The notes below the pieces were generated by a model. That model searched no databases. It was not told the DNA's origin and saw only the letters and a list, made by a program, of their open reading frames with translations. This document shows, piece by piece, positions 13,255 through 26,714 of a stretch of 64,000 nucleotides of DNA. The translations under genes were made by a program, and so were the position numbers. The DNA lies in the NCBI GenBank assembly GCA_964016885.1, contig OZ024762.1:26350001-26414000 (forward strand). Reading direction: 5' to 3'. The first letter of the stretch is position 1; every line of letters begins with the position of its first letter. Source of the stretch: Eledone cirrhosa. Its lineage: Eukaryota.

Positions 13255-15137
13255 AAAATATGTTTTATTATTTGCCACAGGAGCGTACAAGGGACATTAC
13301 AAGACGGCGGGGGTTTTACATAAAAATAACTCAAACATTTATAAATAACAATAAACTATATCAAATAAAGCAACAATTGAAATCCCCAATAGGGGGCAAC
13401 ATCACTGCAGGGTTGTTTTACACCCCGTGGATAGAACAACCCTCAACACCAGGAACACGTTTTGTAGATGTTCCTGTATTCCCTCTGTTTATCTTCCTCA
13501 ACCTACAGGTTTATATGCAGAGAAGGCCCATTCACTCGGGTCATTTTCGCCACATTCACCCACCTTTCAGCGAATTTACTGGGGTGTAGCACCTCTCTCG
13601 CCGGCCTCACCTTCCTTCTGAACTGATACTTAAAGAAGGAGATAAGTTGTTGTCCGGAGAGAAAGGTGTTTGCCCTCAGTCCTTTTAACCTCATCCACCT
13701 TATTACCTCTTTAACCGTAGCCACCAGACAGAGGAAAACCGCCTCTCCTTCCTTCTTAAATGAAGGCGGCGGGGTGATCCTCACGATGGACTCGGCTGTC
13801 AACTGGATGCGTCCTACACATGACAGTAGCTGTTCGACATAATTCCAGAGGTCGGTCACCCCTGGGCACTGAACAATTGCGTGCAGAATGGTTTTGATGT
13901 CCTGCTCGCATCTTGGACAGGTCCTTTTGGCAGGATCGCTGCCAGGGCGTCCGTGCCTGTAGATTTTGTCTCGAACTGGTAGAGCTCCTCGGTAGCACTG
14001 CCAGGCCAGAGACCTCTGGATGTTATCCATTGGCCCTGGACGGAAAGTCCTCTCAAACAGACTGGTCAGTTCGTCCTCCTCGATGCCTAACTAGAGATTC
14101 CCCGAGAACATCGTTGCACATATCCTACACTAATCCCCTATAGAATGTCGAAGTGGAGTTTCCGCTGATTGCCGTTTCCGCTTGGTAGAGGGCTGTGAGC
14201 GCCTCTAGGCACTCGAGGTGCCAGTCACCAATTTTCGGTCTTCGCTTGACCCAGGACTGCAGCTCTGTTAGTGAGACGAGTTGTGGAAGAGCTTGTCTCA
14301 CAAACGACAGCCACACCGGTTCACCGGTCAGGAATACCTAGATATGGCGTAGCCTCAGCGCGTGTTTGCGCATCATCAGCCACGGCATGCCCAGCCTTCC
14401 GTTAGAAGGGTGTTGACAGCAGATGGATCTCCTCACCAATGTTTTTTCCAGAGGAACTTGAAGAGTAGGCGTTCCATTTTGGTAAGGTGTTCGCGGGGCA
14501 AGGCACGACTGTCAAGCGGTAGTAGGTGACGGACGCTATGTAAGTGTTCGCCACCTCCGCTCGAACTTTCAAGGAGAGTTTGCACTCAGCCCACTTCTGG
14601 GTGACTGCAAACACCTTCGCCGTGACCTCGTTCCAGTTCCTGTCCACCTGGAGGTCTGGACAAAACCAGAGCCCAGCAATTTCACCGGTTCTTCCATCCA
14701 GCGTCCAACGATACTGTCGGAAGTGATGGGTTTGCCTCTCCATGTGCCGAGTTGCAAACCGACAGACTTGTTTGGGTTTAGTCTTGCTTCTGTCAACATT
14801 TCGTATTCCTGTAATAGGTTGCCGATTACCCCGATGTCCGTGGTTTTCGACACCATTACGGTTATGTCGACGCTGCTTTCCGCAGTCCTGGTTCGATCGG
14901 GATGCCCTGCAACAGCTCCAACATCCGCAGTAACGGCTCGAGAGTCAGTACATACAGAATGGAGGAAAGATGGCATCCCAGACGGATGGAATGCATGATT
15001 TGGAATGGCTCTGATAGGTAGCCATTCACCTTGACTGCCGAGCATATGCTGATGTGCATGGCAGCGATCCAGCCTCTGAAGACGGGACCGAAGCCGGCCG
15101 CCTTGAGAACTGCTTCCAAGTATTGATGGTCGACCCA
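13255..15137 (-). mobile_element. Tx1/L1-clade LINE, 5'-truncated and decayed
   Basis: RT fragments (AAGFGPVF, KVNGYLSEPF, SVGLQLGTW), CPRC..HAIVQC; 3' end CTCCTGTGGCAAATAATAAA. Confidence 0.9.
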
Positions 15138-15639
15138 GATAGTTAGCTAGGTAGGTTAGGCAGGTAGGTAGGTAGATGTATAGAGATGAAGAGAGAGTTA
15201 GAGATAGATAGATATTATCAGAGAAATATACATACACCCACATGTTTATAGAAACTCCTTCATGTTCGACTTGAGTGAACATGAAAGTTTGAATCTAATC
15301 GGTTGTCCAGATTTCTAGGTATAATAGCCAAATGTTATGGGATGGCGTTCTCATATCAGTTACCTTCCCTTCCCTTCTATTGCACAACGTTAATTAAAGG
15401 TAGATATATAGTTGCTAATCTCACCCGACAACCCTTCCCTCTTCTCAACACAGGCCAACAATTAGCCTAGCATTTCGAGGTCAATTTGGACGGTCTGAAC
15501 CCTGTATAGGGGCTCCATTGTATAAGGGTTGCATTTTATAGGGGCTCCATTGCAGGTATTCTCAGTTGGACTCAACTGAGTCTCGGATTCAAATCACTAA
15601 CGCTTTGCCCAGTATTGAAATAAATATTTTTTAAAAAAT

Positions 15640-15757
15640 AAAGTGTCTTTTTTTGTGAAATAAAGTGTCTTTTTTGCATTGCCCCGGGTAGGAGCTGAAC
15701 TAGCAACCACACGATTAAGAATCGAATTCTCTAACAACTATAGACCTACCAACCTCT
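15640..15757 (-). mobile_element. SINE family B head, degenerate
   Basis: AAAGTGTCTT...GAACTAGCAACCACACGAT resembles 51565-51675. Confidence 0.5.
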
Positions 15758-15832
15758 AAAAACCCAAACGGGGAGTACCATGAAAAAAGTGCTCCAAAAC
15801 AGGTAAAAATGAACCAAAATGGGTAGATTTTA

Positions 15833-15951
15833 CATAATTGTTTCTACTTTAGGCACAAGGCCAGCAATTACCCAGTACATTACTGGTACTTTATTTTATC
15901 GACCCCGTAAGGATGAAAGGCAAAGTCAACCTCGGCGGGATTTGAACTCAG
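15833..15951 (-). mobile_element. SINE family A, 5'-truncated
   Basis: Matches the body and tail of 21040-21231. Confidence 0.88.
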
Positions 15952-16115
15952 ATTTTACATAATGATAGCTAAACCAATTTTCACAAGAGAAGACATCATT
16001 CACCCACCCCAAAGGGGGTGGAAGATATCCCCGACGGACGGGGAGAGTTGACAGATCTGCAACTAAGCCAAGCACTTTCAGTTCTTCCATAAAGAAATAT
16101 ATTCCAAACAGAGGA

Positions 16116-16278
16116 CTGGACGCCATGTTTTGTAGCATAGAGTAACGTCCCTTTACGGTCTGAGTTCAAATCCGGCCGAGGCTAACTTTGCCTTTTATCC
16201 TTGCAGCGTCGATAACATAAAGCACCAATAATGTACTGGGGTAATTGCTGGCCTTGTGCCAAAAGTAGAGACAATTAT
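16116..16278 (+). mobile_element. SINE family A
   Basis: GAGTTCAAATCC...GGCCTTGTGCCAAAAGTAGAGACAATTATT. Confidence 0.88.
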
Positions 16279-16628
16279 TTGCTACGTTGCTTATTTCATG
16301 CTGAAACATGTGTGTAAATATTAAAGGGAGTTAAATATGAGATACAAATGTGTAAAGTTGATAAAATTGCACAAATTATTACTTTCTTCCAGAGTCCTCC
16401 GGGTAGAAGATCGAAAATTCTTTATTATTCCGAAAGTACTTCATTTTAAATTCAACAAAACGATTAAAGTGGAGGAGGACATTATATATATATGTGTATG
16501 TGTATATGTGTGTGTGTGTGCGTGCGTGTGTGCTTGAGTGTATGTGTGTGTGCGTGCGTGTGTGCTTGAGTGTATGTGTGAATGCATGCCAACACACATG
16601 TATAAAGAAATTTATGTATATATATATG

Positions 16629-16729
<101 letters not shown>

Positions 16730-16847
16730 ATGTATGTATATGGTGGTTAACAACATCACACTCCGGCGGATCTGAACATATCAACAAATTAACAAGGTAA
16801 ACTCTATTCCAACATTATGTTTTCCTGTTATTTCTGTTCAAATCCTA

Positions 16848-16906
16848 GCTGCCTGATGAGGTGATAACTGTTGTATTATGAGTATCACTAAAATATATAT
16901 AGCAGC
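16848..16906 (+). ncRNA. Type I hammerhead, G12A variant
   Basis: GCUGC CUGAUGA GGUGAUAAC..GUAUCACU AAA AUAUAUAU A/ GCAGC; perfect stem I. Confidence 0.7.
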
Positions 16907-17056
16907 GAATATGAATAAACGAGATAAAGTTTAACCTGTTGAATTACACTTCCTGTTTTAAATTACTCCGGAGAGAACAGCCTCACCTGCGCACTTTGTT
17001 GAGTGCTCTAACATCCATACTGAAGTGTCAGTAAGCAACCAACACAAACTCAAAAT

Positions 17057-17105
<49 letters not shown>

Positions 17106-17346
17106 GGAAATCAGTAAAATCGAATCTCTGGCGGTTTGCAAGTAAATTTGGCCTACTTATATGAAATGATGAGTTAGCAAAGCACTCGATAAGATAGGGC
17201 CTCAGAGATATAACATACGTTTAAATAGCTTGACAAATCGAACATTGTGGTAGGCGAAACTAACACACAATATAGACCAAAGCAACGATAGAACTAATCA
17301 GGTTGAGTTATAAGTGTGTATGCATGTATCTATTAAGGTATATACG

Positions 17347-17429
<83 letters not shown>

Positions 17430-17784
17430 GTACATACCTTAATAGATACATGCATACACACTTATAACTGCACATACATATACGCACAAATATACTAACA
17501 TACATGCACACATATACATACATACACACAAACAATCCTCCATACAAATGGATTGTCTCTAGAGTTTTTTGAACGCTATAAGTAAGCGTCCTTATTTGAG
17601 TTAATTACAATCTATGGTTTAGAAAGAAAGACGTTAAAATGTCTTCTCATCATGTCCACAAAGAAATACTCAACCTTAATTAAGTCACATGGCCATTTCT
17701 CATGCTCCAAATATATATTCGCTCTTCTGACGTTTCATTATTGTGTTTTTAATATCACATCTCTCTCTCTTTCTCTCTCTCCCC

Positions 17785-17905
<121 letters not shown>

Positions 17906-17980
17906 AAGTGTGTGTGTGTGTGTTTGTGAGTGTGTGTGCGTGTGTTTGTGTATAATGAGAGGGGGGGGGGGGAAATGATA

Positions 17981-18057
17981 TAGGGCGTACCCCAAAAATG
18001 TACACGCACTCTTATTAGATTGCTGTTGAAGTGTCTATACATTTTTGTGACACCCTA
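17981..18057. mobile_element. Mini-MITE, Tc1/mariner-like
   Basis: TIRs TAGGGCGTACCCCAAAAATGTA / TACATTTTTGTGACACCCTA with TA on both sides; relative at 29946. Confidence 0.6.
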
Positions 18058-18124
18058 TATATATATATATATATATATAGTGACGAAACATAAGTCAATT
18101 GCATGAACTCATAATCCTTTCTTT

Positions 18125-18180
18125 ACTGCTATATATATTTCGATGATAGCCATTGAATGGCTATGACCTCATCAGGCAGT
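18125..18180 (-). ncRNA. Type I hammerhead ribozyme, canonical core
   Basis: ACUGC CUGAUGA GGUCAUAGCCAU-UCA-AUGGCUAUCAUC GAA AUAUAUAU A/ GCAGU. Confidence 0.9.
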
Positions 18181-18284
18181 TAGTCAGTTCTTATATATGC
18201 CAGCTCTGTGTGTATAGTGTTGATGGTATCAGAGCCTTGGGACATATATATGTGTATATTTGGACATATATATATATATATATC

Positions 18285-18330
<46 letters not shown>

Positions 18331-18642
18331 CGGAGAGAGTGAAGGATAACATGGTTAGCTGTACAAAAAGGGTTTTATTTACAGTATTACCAATTGTTTC
18401 ATGGATCAAATAAGTCTAAAGGCCGCTATTCATTCGAAATTGTGTCACTCGACCTTAAATACAGTGTGTGTCTCTGATTAAATCATCGGAATACCCGGTA
18501 TAGGTATTCTCGTAAACTCGCCACCTAACTAAGGAAACTTCTTGTTGAGGCAAACAACGCCGAACGTTAAAACTATCCACGATACAGAGTACTCACAACC
18601 TCTAACTGCATTACCTTAAACCTTAAATGATAACTTATTATC

Positions 18643-18687
<45 letters not shown>

Positions 18688-18697
18688 GAGAGAGAGA

Positions 18698-18750
18698 GAG
18701 TTTCCTGATGATTTCTAAAGAATGAAACAGTCCTAGTCCTGTAGAATCTC
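18698..18750 (+). ncRNA. Type I hammerhead ribozyme
   Basis: GAGUUUC CUGAUGA U-UUC UAAA GAA-U GAA ACAG UCCUAGUC CUGU A/ GAAUCUC. Confidence 0.75.
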
Positions 18751-18862
18751 ATCTATATTAAAACTTTTATACTCTGCTATGTATTGAGTAACTTATACTT
18801 ACTGTGGTTATCTCTGATTCAATCCGGAATAATTTATATATATATTACATAATACATACATA

Positions 18863-18917
<55 letters not shown>

Positions 18918-19697
18918 AACAATACAATATAATTACTTCATTACCAGAGGTTTGCCGAATAAGACGAATACAAAAAACGTCCTCATTCGTTCATCGGACA
19001 AGGCAATTTAAAACAGTGAAATATTTGAAAAATCTCCTCAAGAAAGGCAAGAGTTTAACGGGCAAAAAAAAAAATAAAGCAAGAGATATATAAAAATAAG
19101 GAAATATAGTTAGGGTATATGTATAAATGTGTATATATTCCCTCACAAATGTACATATGTATGTATGTACAAATACATGTGTATATTGAAAATGTGTGCG
19201 TGCGTAAGTACGTATATGAGGGCAAGCATAATAGTGTATGTGTGACCAATACGTATATAATATAAGTTGAAAAATAATGTACATCCAGATTTAGGTATTA
19301 AATATATACACATACAAGTATGAAAGCACGCGTATAAACACACACGCGCGATCATTTATATGCGGAAGATAAAAAGGGAAGGGAGTGTCATATTTGATAC
19401 ATATAAAAATGAAACAATATATGAGAAAGGAAAAAATTTTGTTTAAATCAAAGAGAAAGTAAGAGGGAGGGATTATCAATTATAAATTAACATTAGAAAA
19501 AAAGAAAACAAACATAGGTTCGCACGTACGCACATATACATATAAAAAAATATATATATCAATACTTACAGGCAAAAGCGCATACATACGTACATACATA
19601 CACACGGAGCACACATATATATACATATATCAGCACAGGTATATCCAAGCACACGTACGTACACGACTATATATATACATATATGCATACACACACA

Positions 19698-19729
<32 letters not shown>

Positions 19730-20092
19730 CTTATACACATACGTTCACCCACATACACACACTCGTATAAATATAGATATAAAAACACACATGCTCACAC
19801 ATATAGACACACACACGCACACATACGGAGGCGCATGCACACTAAAACGCATATATACAAATTATAGACCAGCCATATGAAAAAAAGAAATACAAATATA
19901 AAAGCGGCTGCGAAACAACAGAATATATCTGGAGTTGAAAACGCAAGTGACATGTCATATCAGGTCGTGAAAGAAAATCGGGCAGTAAAGTGTGGAATGT
20001 GAAGATATTAGATTTAGCTCTGGTACTTATATAGAACACTCTTCACTCCTATGACTTTTTCAATTTTCAACGGAAACTTCAATACTTATATA

Positions 20093-20154
<62 letters not shown>

Positions 20155-20356
20155 TTATTCCTGGTTGAATCGGAGGTAACCACAGTTCTGTAAAGCTATA
20201 ATATTAACGTCAATATTATAGCGTTAAAGAATTACCTTTTAATGAACTCCCTTTTCTTTAAATCCTTCAACGAATGACCTACACCCATCCTAATCCCCAC
20301 CCTCTCCTACCACCAGATAAGGAAAGGCATAAATACTACCATTTACTTGGACAGCC

Positions 20357-20407
20357 AGCTTCCTGATGATTTCTCACGAATGAAACAGTTCTAGTCCTGT
20401 AGAAGCT
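20357..20407 (+). ncRNA. Type I hammerhead ribozyme
   Basis: AGCUUC CUGAUGA U-UUC UCAC GAA-U GAA ACAG UUCUAGUC CUGU A/ GAAGCU; same family as 18698 and 58127. Confidence 0.85.
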
Positions 20408-20422
20408 CTTCTATATTAAAAC

Positions 20423-20509
<87 letters not shown>

Positions 20510-21039
20510 ATGTATTATGTATGTGTGTGTGTGTGTGTGTTTAAATACACAGATTGTTAGTAATAATGTACATATATGCTGTTAATCTCTCGCTCACTCG
20601 CCACACATTCTGTGACATCCTCAGTAACTGGGTTTTTGTTTTGTGCCTCTTCTTTGTTCTATTTTACACCATCTTGTTTTTGTTATGTATATCTGCTCCC
20701 ATACAAGCAAGTCTATCCGATTTTAAGTCTCTCACAGGGTTGCTCCCTTGATAATGGGATCATTTGCTAAGGTAAGGTTCTTTTGTTATCTTGGCAATTT
20801 AACATTCTCCATTCGCATTGTGTTGGTCTTCAAAATTTAAACAATACTTCAAACAAGCTACAAAAGTATGTTATATATATGTGTGTGTGTGTGCGTCTGT
20901 GTGTGTGTGTAGTAAATCGTGTGTTATATAGTAAGTCTGCAGGTAATCGTGTGTCGGAAAGAGTGCATAGAATATTCAACTGTATTTAGAAAAGTATAAT
21001 ATAAATATAATATCTCATATCATATTATATCATTATAAA

Positions 21040-21432
21040 GGGCGGTGGATTGGCAGTATCAGTAGAGGGTCGGGCGCCATGCTTTGAAGCATAGAGTTAC
21101 CTCCCTTTATGATCTGAGTTCAAATCCCGCCGAGGTTAACTTTGCCTTTCATCCTTACGGGGTCGATAAAATAAAGTACCAGTAATGCACTGGGTAATTG
21201 CTGGCCTTGTGCCAAAAGTAGAAACAATTATATTATGTTAGAGCGGTAGATTGGCAGTATCGGTAGAGGGTCGGACGCCATGCTTTGCAGGAAAGAGTTA
21301 CGGCCCTTTATGATCTGAGTTCAAATCCCACCGAGGTTAACTTTGCCTTTCATCCTTATGGGGCCGAAAAAATAAAGTACCAGTAATACACTGTGATGAT
21401 TGGTGGCCTTGTGCCAAAAGTCGAAACAATTA
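21040..21432 (+). mobile_element. SINE family A, two full-length copies in tandem (21040-21231, 21241-21432)
   Basis: A-box-like TGGCAGTATCRGT, B box GAGTTCAAATCC, core GCCTTTCATCCTT.CGGGGTCGATAAA resembling the Nin/Deu-type core I recall from octopus SINEs, AT tail. Confidence 0.9.
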
Positions 21433-21912
21433 TATTATATTATATTATATATACATATATACATGGAAACAATATCATTTTGACTTTGATGGTAGAGCGA
21501 CATCAGTTCATAAAAACCTCAAAAAAACAATGGATGCTGTTCAAAAGAAAAAGCTGCATAATATAAGAAAGAAACCGTTTATGAAATATCAATTTTACTC
21601 TCTTCTTAGACGTCATGAAATAATCATCTGAAATGCCTGAGGTATTTATACATATCCTGTAGATCTAATTCTTTCTTGTATAGGTCCCTCTCTCACTCAT
21701 TCTCCCACTCTCTGTCTCTATGTGTCTTTATATATATATGTATATATATATACATATATATGTATGTATGTATATATATATATATATGTATGTATGTATG
21801 TAGGTATGTATATATATGTACATACATATATATATATATATGTATATATATACATACATACATACATATATATATATGTGTATGTATGTATGTATGTATT
21901 TATGTATGTATG

Positions 21913-21957
<45 letters not shown>

Positions 21958-21958
21958 A

Positions 21959-21994
<36 letters not shown>

Positions 21995-22108
21995 TGTATG
22001 TATATATATATATATATGTACATACATATATATATATATGTATATATATACATACATACATATATATATATATGTGTATGTATGTATGTATGTATTTATG
22101 TATGTATG

Positions 22109-22179
<71 letters not shown>

Positions 22180-22180
22180 A

Positions 22181-22216
<36 letters not shown>

Positions 22217-22340
22217 TATATATATATATGTACATACATATATATATATATGTGTATATATACATACATACATATATATATATATGTGTATGTATGTATG
22301 TATGTATGTATGTATGTATGTATGTATGTATGTATGTATG

Positions 22341-22387
<47 letters not shown>

Positions 22388-22729
22388 ATATATATATGTA
22401 TGTACGTATGTATGTATATATATATATATATGTACATACATATATATATATATGTATATATATACATACATACATATATATATATATGTGTATGTATGTA
22501 TGTATGTATTTATGTATGTATGTATATGTATATATATATATATAGATATATATAATATATATATATGTATGTATGTATCTATGTATGAATATATATATGT
22601 TTGTGTGTTTATATATATATGTATTTCTCTGTGTGTCTATCAATGTATTTAAATTTGCGTGAACAAACGTGGCATGTTTTCTACGCATATGTATACACGT
22701 AGACACAATCATACCTATTCACATACATA

Positions 22730-22805
<76 letters not shown>

Positions 22806-22830
22806 CATACATACATACGTAGATATATAT

Positions 22831-22871
<41 letters not shown>

Positions 22872-22881
22872 TATGCATATT

Positions 22882-22924
<43 letters not shown>

Positions 22925-23282
22925 CATGGAATGCATAAGAACTCCAAAGACAATTGAAAAAAAATCGTTTTTCGTTTATAATTTATGAAAGAAGCTATTG
23001 AAGACATCAACATAATAGGAAGAAGACGGGGAATTATCGGCATGTAGATTTGGGGCATGATGACATTGAAATACTCTAAAGAAGGATGCACTCCCGCTTC
23101 CTTGTCGTACACATACCATTGTCTTCCTACAACACCCTTCCAGCGAAGCTTCCTCCTTTCTAATGCAACCATTGTATATATAGTTAATCAGACTTGTCTA
23201 CAGAACAGAATTCTGCTTCTTCATTCCACCCGTAGCTGAAATATGTTTAATCACTTTCATTCTTCTATACCCACATATATCA

Positions 23283-23331
<49 letters not shown>

Positions 23332-23449
23332 TTATAAATATATAAATATATATATATATATATGGAAACATGTATATATATATATATAAATATATAAATA
23401 TATATATATATATATATGTAAACATGTATATAGAGACAGATAAGTAATA

Positions 23450-23485
<36 letters not shown>

Positions 23486-23600
23486 TGTATGTATGTATGT
23501 ATGTATGTATGTATGCACATATATGTATGTGTATTTACTTATCTGTCTGTCTCTATATACATGCATACATACATACATATATATTTATATATATGTATAA

Positions 23601-23636
<36 letters not shown>

Positions 23637-23670
23637 AGCATACATAAATATATATATATATATATATATA

Positions 23671-24227
23671 AACAGAAAAAATGAAACTATATTTCATTTC
23701 TCACACTTAGTATTGCTGTTACTTAAATATAAGTATGTACACGTACATACATATATGTATACAGACGTACAGTAGTATATATATATACATACATGCACAC
23801 ATATATATATGTACGTATGGATTCACCGAACATTTATTATAATGCTCGGTATGTTTGTGAACAAACCTCCCAAATTAAGCCGTACAATGTCTAGCAACCA
23901 TCGTTGCTCATTTGTTCAACACTGACAAAGGAACGCTGTACTAGTTTCAAGCTTATTAGCTATCGTCAGCAACGTATACCGTCCTGCCAGATGGTTGAAC
24001 GTCTGAAAGTATATACTTTCCTGATGCATATTAACGGCTGAGCAGCCTAATTTGCATATCGAGTGAGTTAATCGGCCGGGGTACCGAAAAACAATAAACG
24101 GAAAAAATGAAACGAAATTTCATTTCTCATTCTTAGTACGGCTATTACTTAAATATAAGTAAGTATACATACATACATATATGTATACAGACGTACAGTA
24201 GTATGTATATATACATACATACATATA
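23671..24227 (-). mobile_element. Candidate retrozyme, locus 1 (~1.3 units)
   Basis: Homologous to 34761-35376 and 53877-54785; terminal redundancy at 23671 and 24096; contains an HHR. Confidence 0.75.
23933..23975 (-). ncRNA. Type I hammerhead ribozyme (retrozyme family)
   Basis: ACGUUG CUGACGA U-AGCU AAUA AGCU-U GAA ACUAGU A/ CAGCGU. Confidence 0.9.
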
Positions 24228-25852
24228 TGAAATCGAAAATGCAACTGTTTTTTTTTTTTTTTTTAATATATATATTTATTTGGTTCCTTTACCGTTTTCG
24301 CAGTTCTTCTGCTTTTCAAAAGTGGATTTGAGATGGTGAGTCTGTGGGTTTCTCACATCTAGTTGGTCTTTGAATGTTACTTGTTTTATATGGAAAAGAG
24401 TGTCCTCGAAATGCCAGGTTTTTAGAGAATTAATGTGATTGGTTGGTGAATAAGTATAATAAATTTCGCGCTAGTTCGCGTTACAAAAATTCTTCAAACA
24501 AGGTGGGGGGTGGGGGGGGGGTCAGGTTGTTTTTTCACATATGAGTGAAGTTTGGTTGGTTGATGCAGTCACGTGAATAAGCACATCAGCTTTCGCGCCA
24601 GTTTGTGTTTGAATTTCTTTTTACTTTAAAAAAAGTGGCTCACGAAGGCTTTTTTTTAATAAATGTAATTTGATTGGTTGTAAATGAAATTATGACTGTC
24701 ACGTGAACAAGTACATTAAATTTCGCGCCCGTAATTTGGAATTTTTTTATAGCCATTCAGAGAATTTTGTGCCAAACAAAAGAAAATGGTAAAAAAAAAG
24801 AGATGGAGAGAGTTGTTCTGAGTATGACTGATGTGCTGAAATGTAATTTGATTGGCTATAAATGAAATTATAACTGTCACGTGAACAAGTTCATTAAATT
24901 TCGCGCCCGTATTTGGGAATTTATTTTGTAGCCTTTTAGAGAATGTTGTGCCAAACAATGGTCAAGAAAAATGGGATGGGTAAGAATTGTTCTGGTTCAG
25001 TGAATATGGCTGGTGCGCTGGGGTGTCAGAAATCAGACTTTCTATTGAAATAAAGAAAGTAGAGATATGTATGTTTATTTGTGTGCTTGTGTGTGGGGGG
25101 GGGGTCAGAGTGTAGGAAGATGATTCTATTAGAAGGAATGGACGAGGGAGTAATGAGTGTGTGTATGGGTGTTATGTGTGTGTGTGTATGTGCGTGTGAG
25201 AGTATGGTAAGCATGTTAAGATGGAGAGAATATATATATTTTGTGTGTGTAGGAAAATGATTCCGTTAGTAGAAATGAGGGAGGGAGTTATGTGTGTGTG
25301 GGGTGTGTGGTTAGCATGTTAGGGTGTTAGAGTATTAACGTATGTTAAGGTTTATTTAGTTCTGGTTTTTATTTTCTAAAGTAGAAGGTGTTATGTGTGT
25401 GTGTCATTTGTATGTGTATGTGTCATTTACAACCAATCAAATTACATTTATAAAGAAAAAGCCTTCGTGAGACACTTTTTTTAAAGTAAAAAGAAATTCA
25501 AACACAAACTGGCGCGAAAGCTGAATGCATCAACCAACCAAACTTCACTCATATATGAAAAAACAACCTGAGCCCCCCCCCCTTTATTTGAAGAACTTTG
25601 TAATGCGAACTGGCGCGAAATTTATTATTCTTATTCACCAACCAATCACATTGCTTCTCTAAAACCTGGCATTTCGAGGACACTCTTTTCCATATAAAAC
25701 AAGTAACATTCAAAGACCAACTAGATGTGAGAAAACCACAGACTCTCCATCTCAACTCCCCTTTTGAAAAGCAGAAGAACTGCGAAACCGGTAAAGGAAC
25801 CAAATAAATGTATATATATTATTAAAAAAGACTCCAGCTGCATTTTCGATTT
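24228..25852. mobile_element. Non-coding element with ~450-bp inverted arms (PLE pLTR-type), variant HHR in each arm
   Basis: Arms ~24228-24690 and ~25425-25852; internal ~180-bp tandem duplication at 24660-24990. Confidence 0.8.
25760..25797 (+). ncRNA. Minimal hammerhead, U3:A8 variant
   Basis: CCUU UUGAAAA GCAG AAGAA CUGC GAA ACCGGU A/ AAGG; mutated mirror copy at 24286-24323 (-). Confidence 0.75.
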
Positions 25853-25862
25853 CATCTTTTTT

Positions 25863-25979
<117 letters not shown>

Positions 25980-26008
25980 ATCAAAAGATGGTTAAAAGAG
26001 TTCCATGT

Positions 26009-26064
26009 ATTTTATTATGCGCATTTCAAAATGAGATGACATTTGCGTGTTCGTCAGATAAAAT
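26009..26064 (-). ncRNA. Type I hammerhead with damaged stem II, in a solo pLTR (25976-26180)
   Basis: AUUUUAU CUGACGA ... GAA AUGCGCAU A/ AUAAAAU; same family as 52926 and 54945. Confidence 0.65.
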
Positions 26065-26178
26065 AGGGAGATATGATATGAAGGTTAAAAAACACTTGTG
26101 AATAGTGCAGTTTTAAATCAACATATGCTACTTATCCGATATCTGCATTGCTTTATTGTACTACAATAAAACTCACCT

Positions 26179-26225
<47 letters not shown>

Positions 26226-26325
26226 ATTAAAATACTGGAGCGTGTTGGAGTTAAACACCCTCTTCGTATTATAGAAATGACAGAAAAAGGTATAGCTCAA
26301 TGTAATTAAACAGAGCCGAAGAATT

Positions 26326-26643
26326 ATGAAAATAAAACAAAGAAGCCTTCAATACATCAAAAGTCTTTATTAGCCAACAATGTTTCGTCCTATTAAGGAC
26401 TCATCAGGGCAATCAAAACCACAAGAAGCACTATCGGCCAATACAAGCCGAAAACTTCGAAGAATATGGAGTGTACATACACTAAAGTACATAGACTAAA
26501 GTACATACACTAAAGTTTTCGGCTTGTATTGGCCGATAGTGCTTCTTGTGGTTTTGATTGTCCTGATGAGTCCTTAATAGGACGAAACATTGTTGGCTAA
26601 TAAAGACTTTTTGATGTATTGAAGGCTTCTTTGTTTTATTTTC

Positions 26644-26645
<2 letters not shown>
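26326..26645. repeat. Inverted repeat with HHR in each arm
   Basis: Arms 26326-26457 and 26513-26645; spacer has three copies of GTACATA(C/G)ACTAAA. Confidence 0.92.
26557..26601 (+). ncRNA. Type I hammerhead ribozyme
   Basis: AUUGUC CUGAUGA GUCC UUAAUA GGAC GAA ACAUUGU U/ GGCUAAU; mirror copy at 26369-26413 (-). Confidence 0.88.

Positions 26646-26714
<69 letters not shown>

Noticed and set aside
24228-25852. DNA transposon or MITE with long TIRs
   Set aside because: Arms carry HHR motifs and no target duplication or transposase was found; PLE-type inverted pLTRs fit better, though this is not proven.
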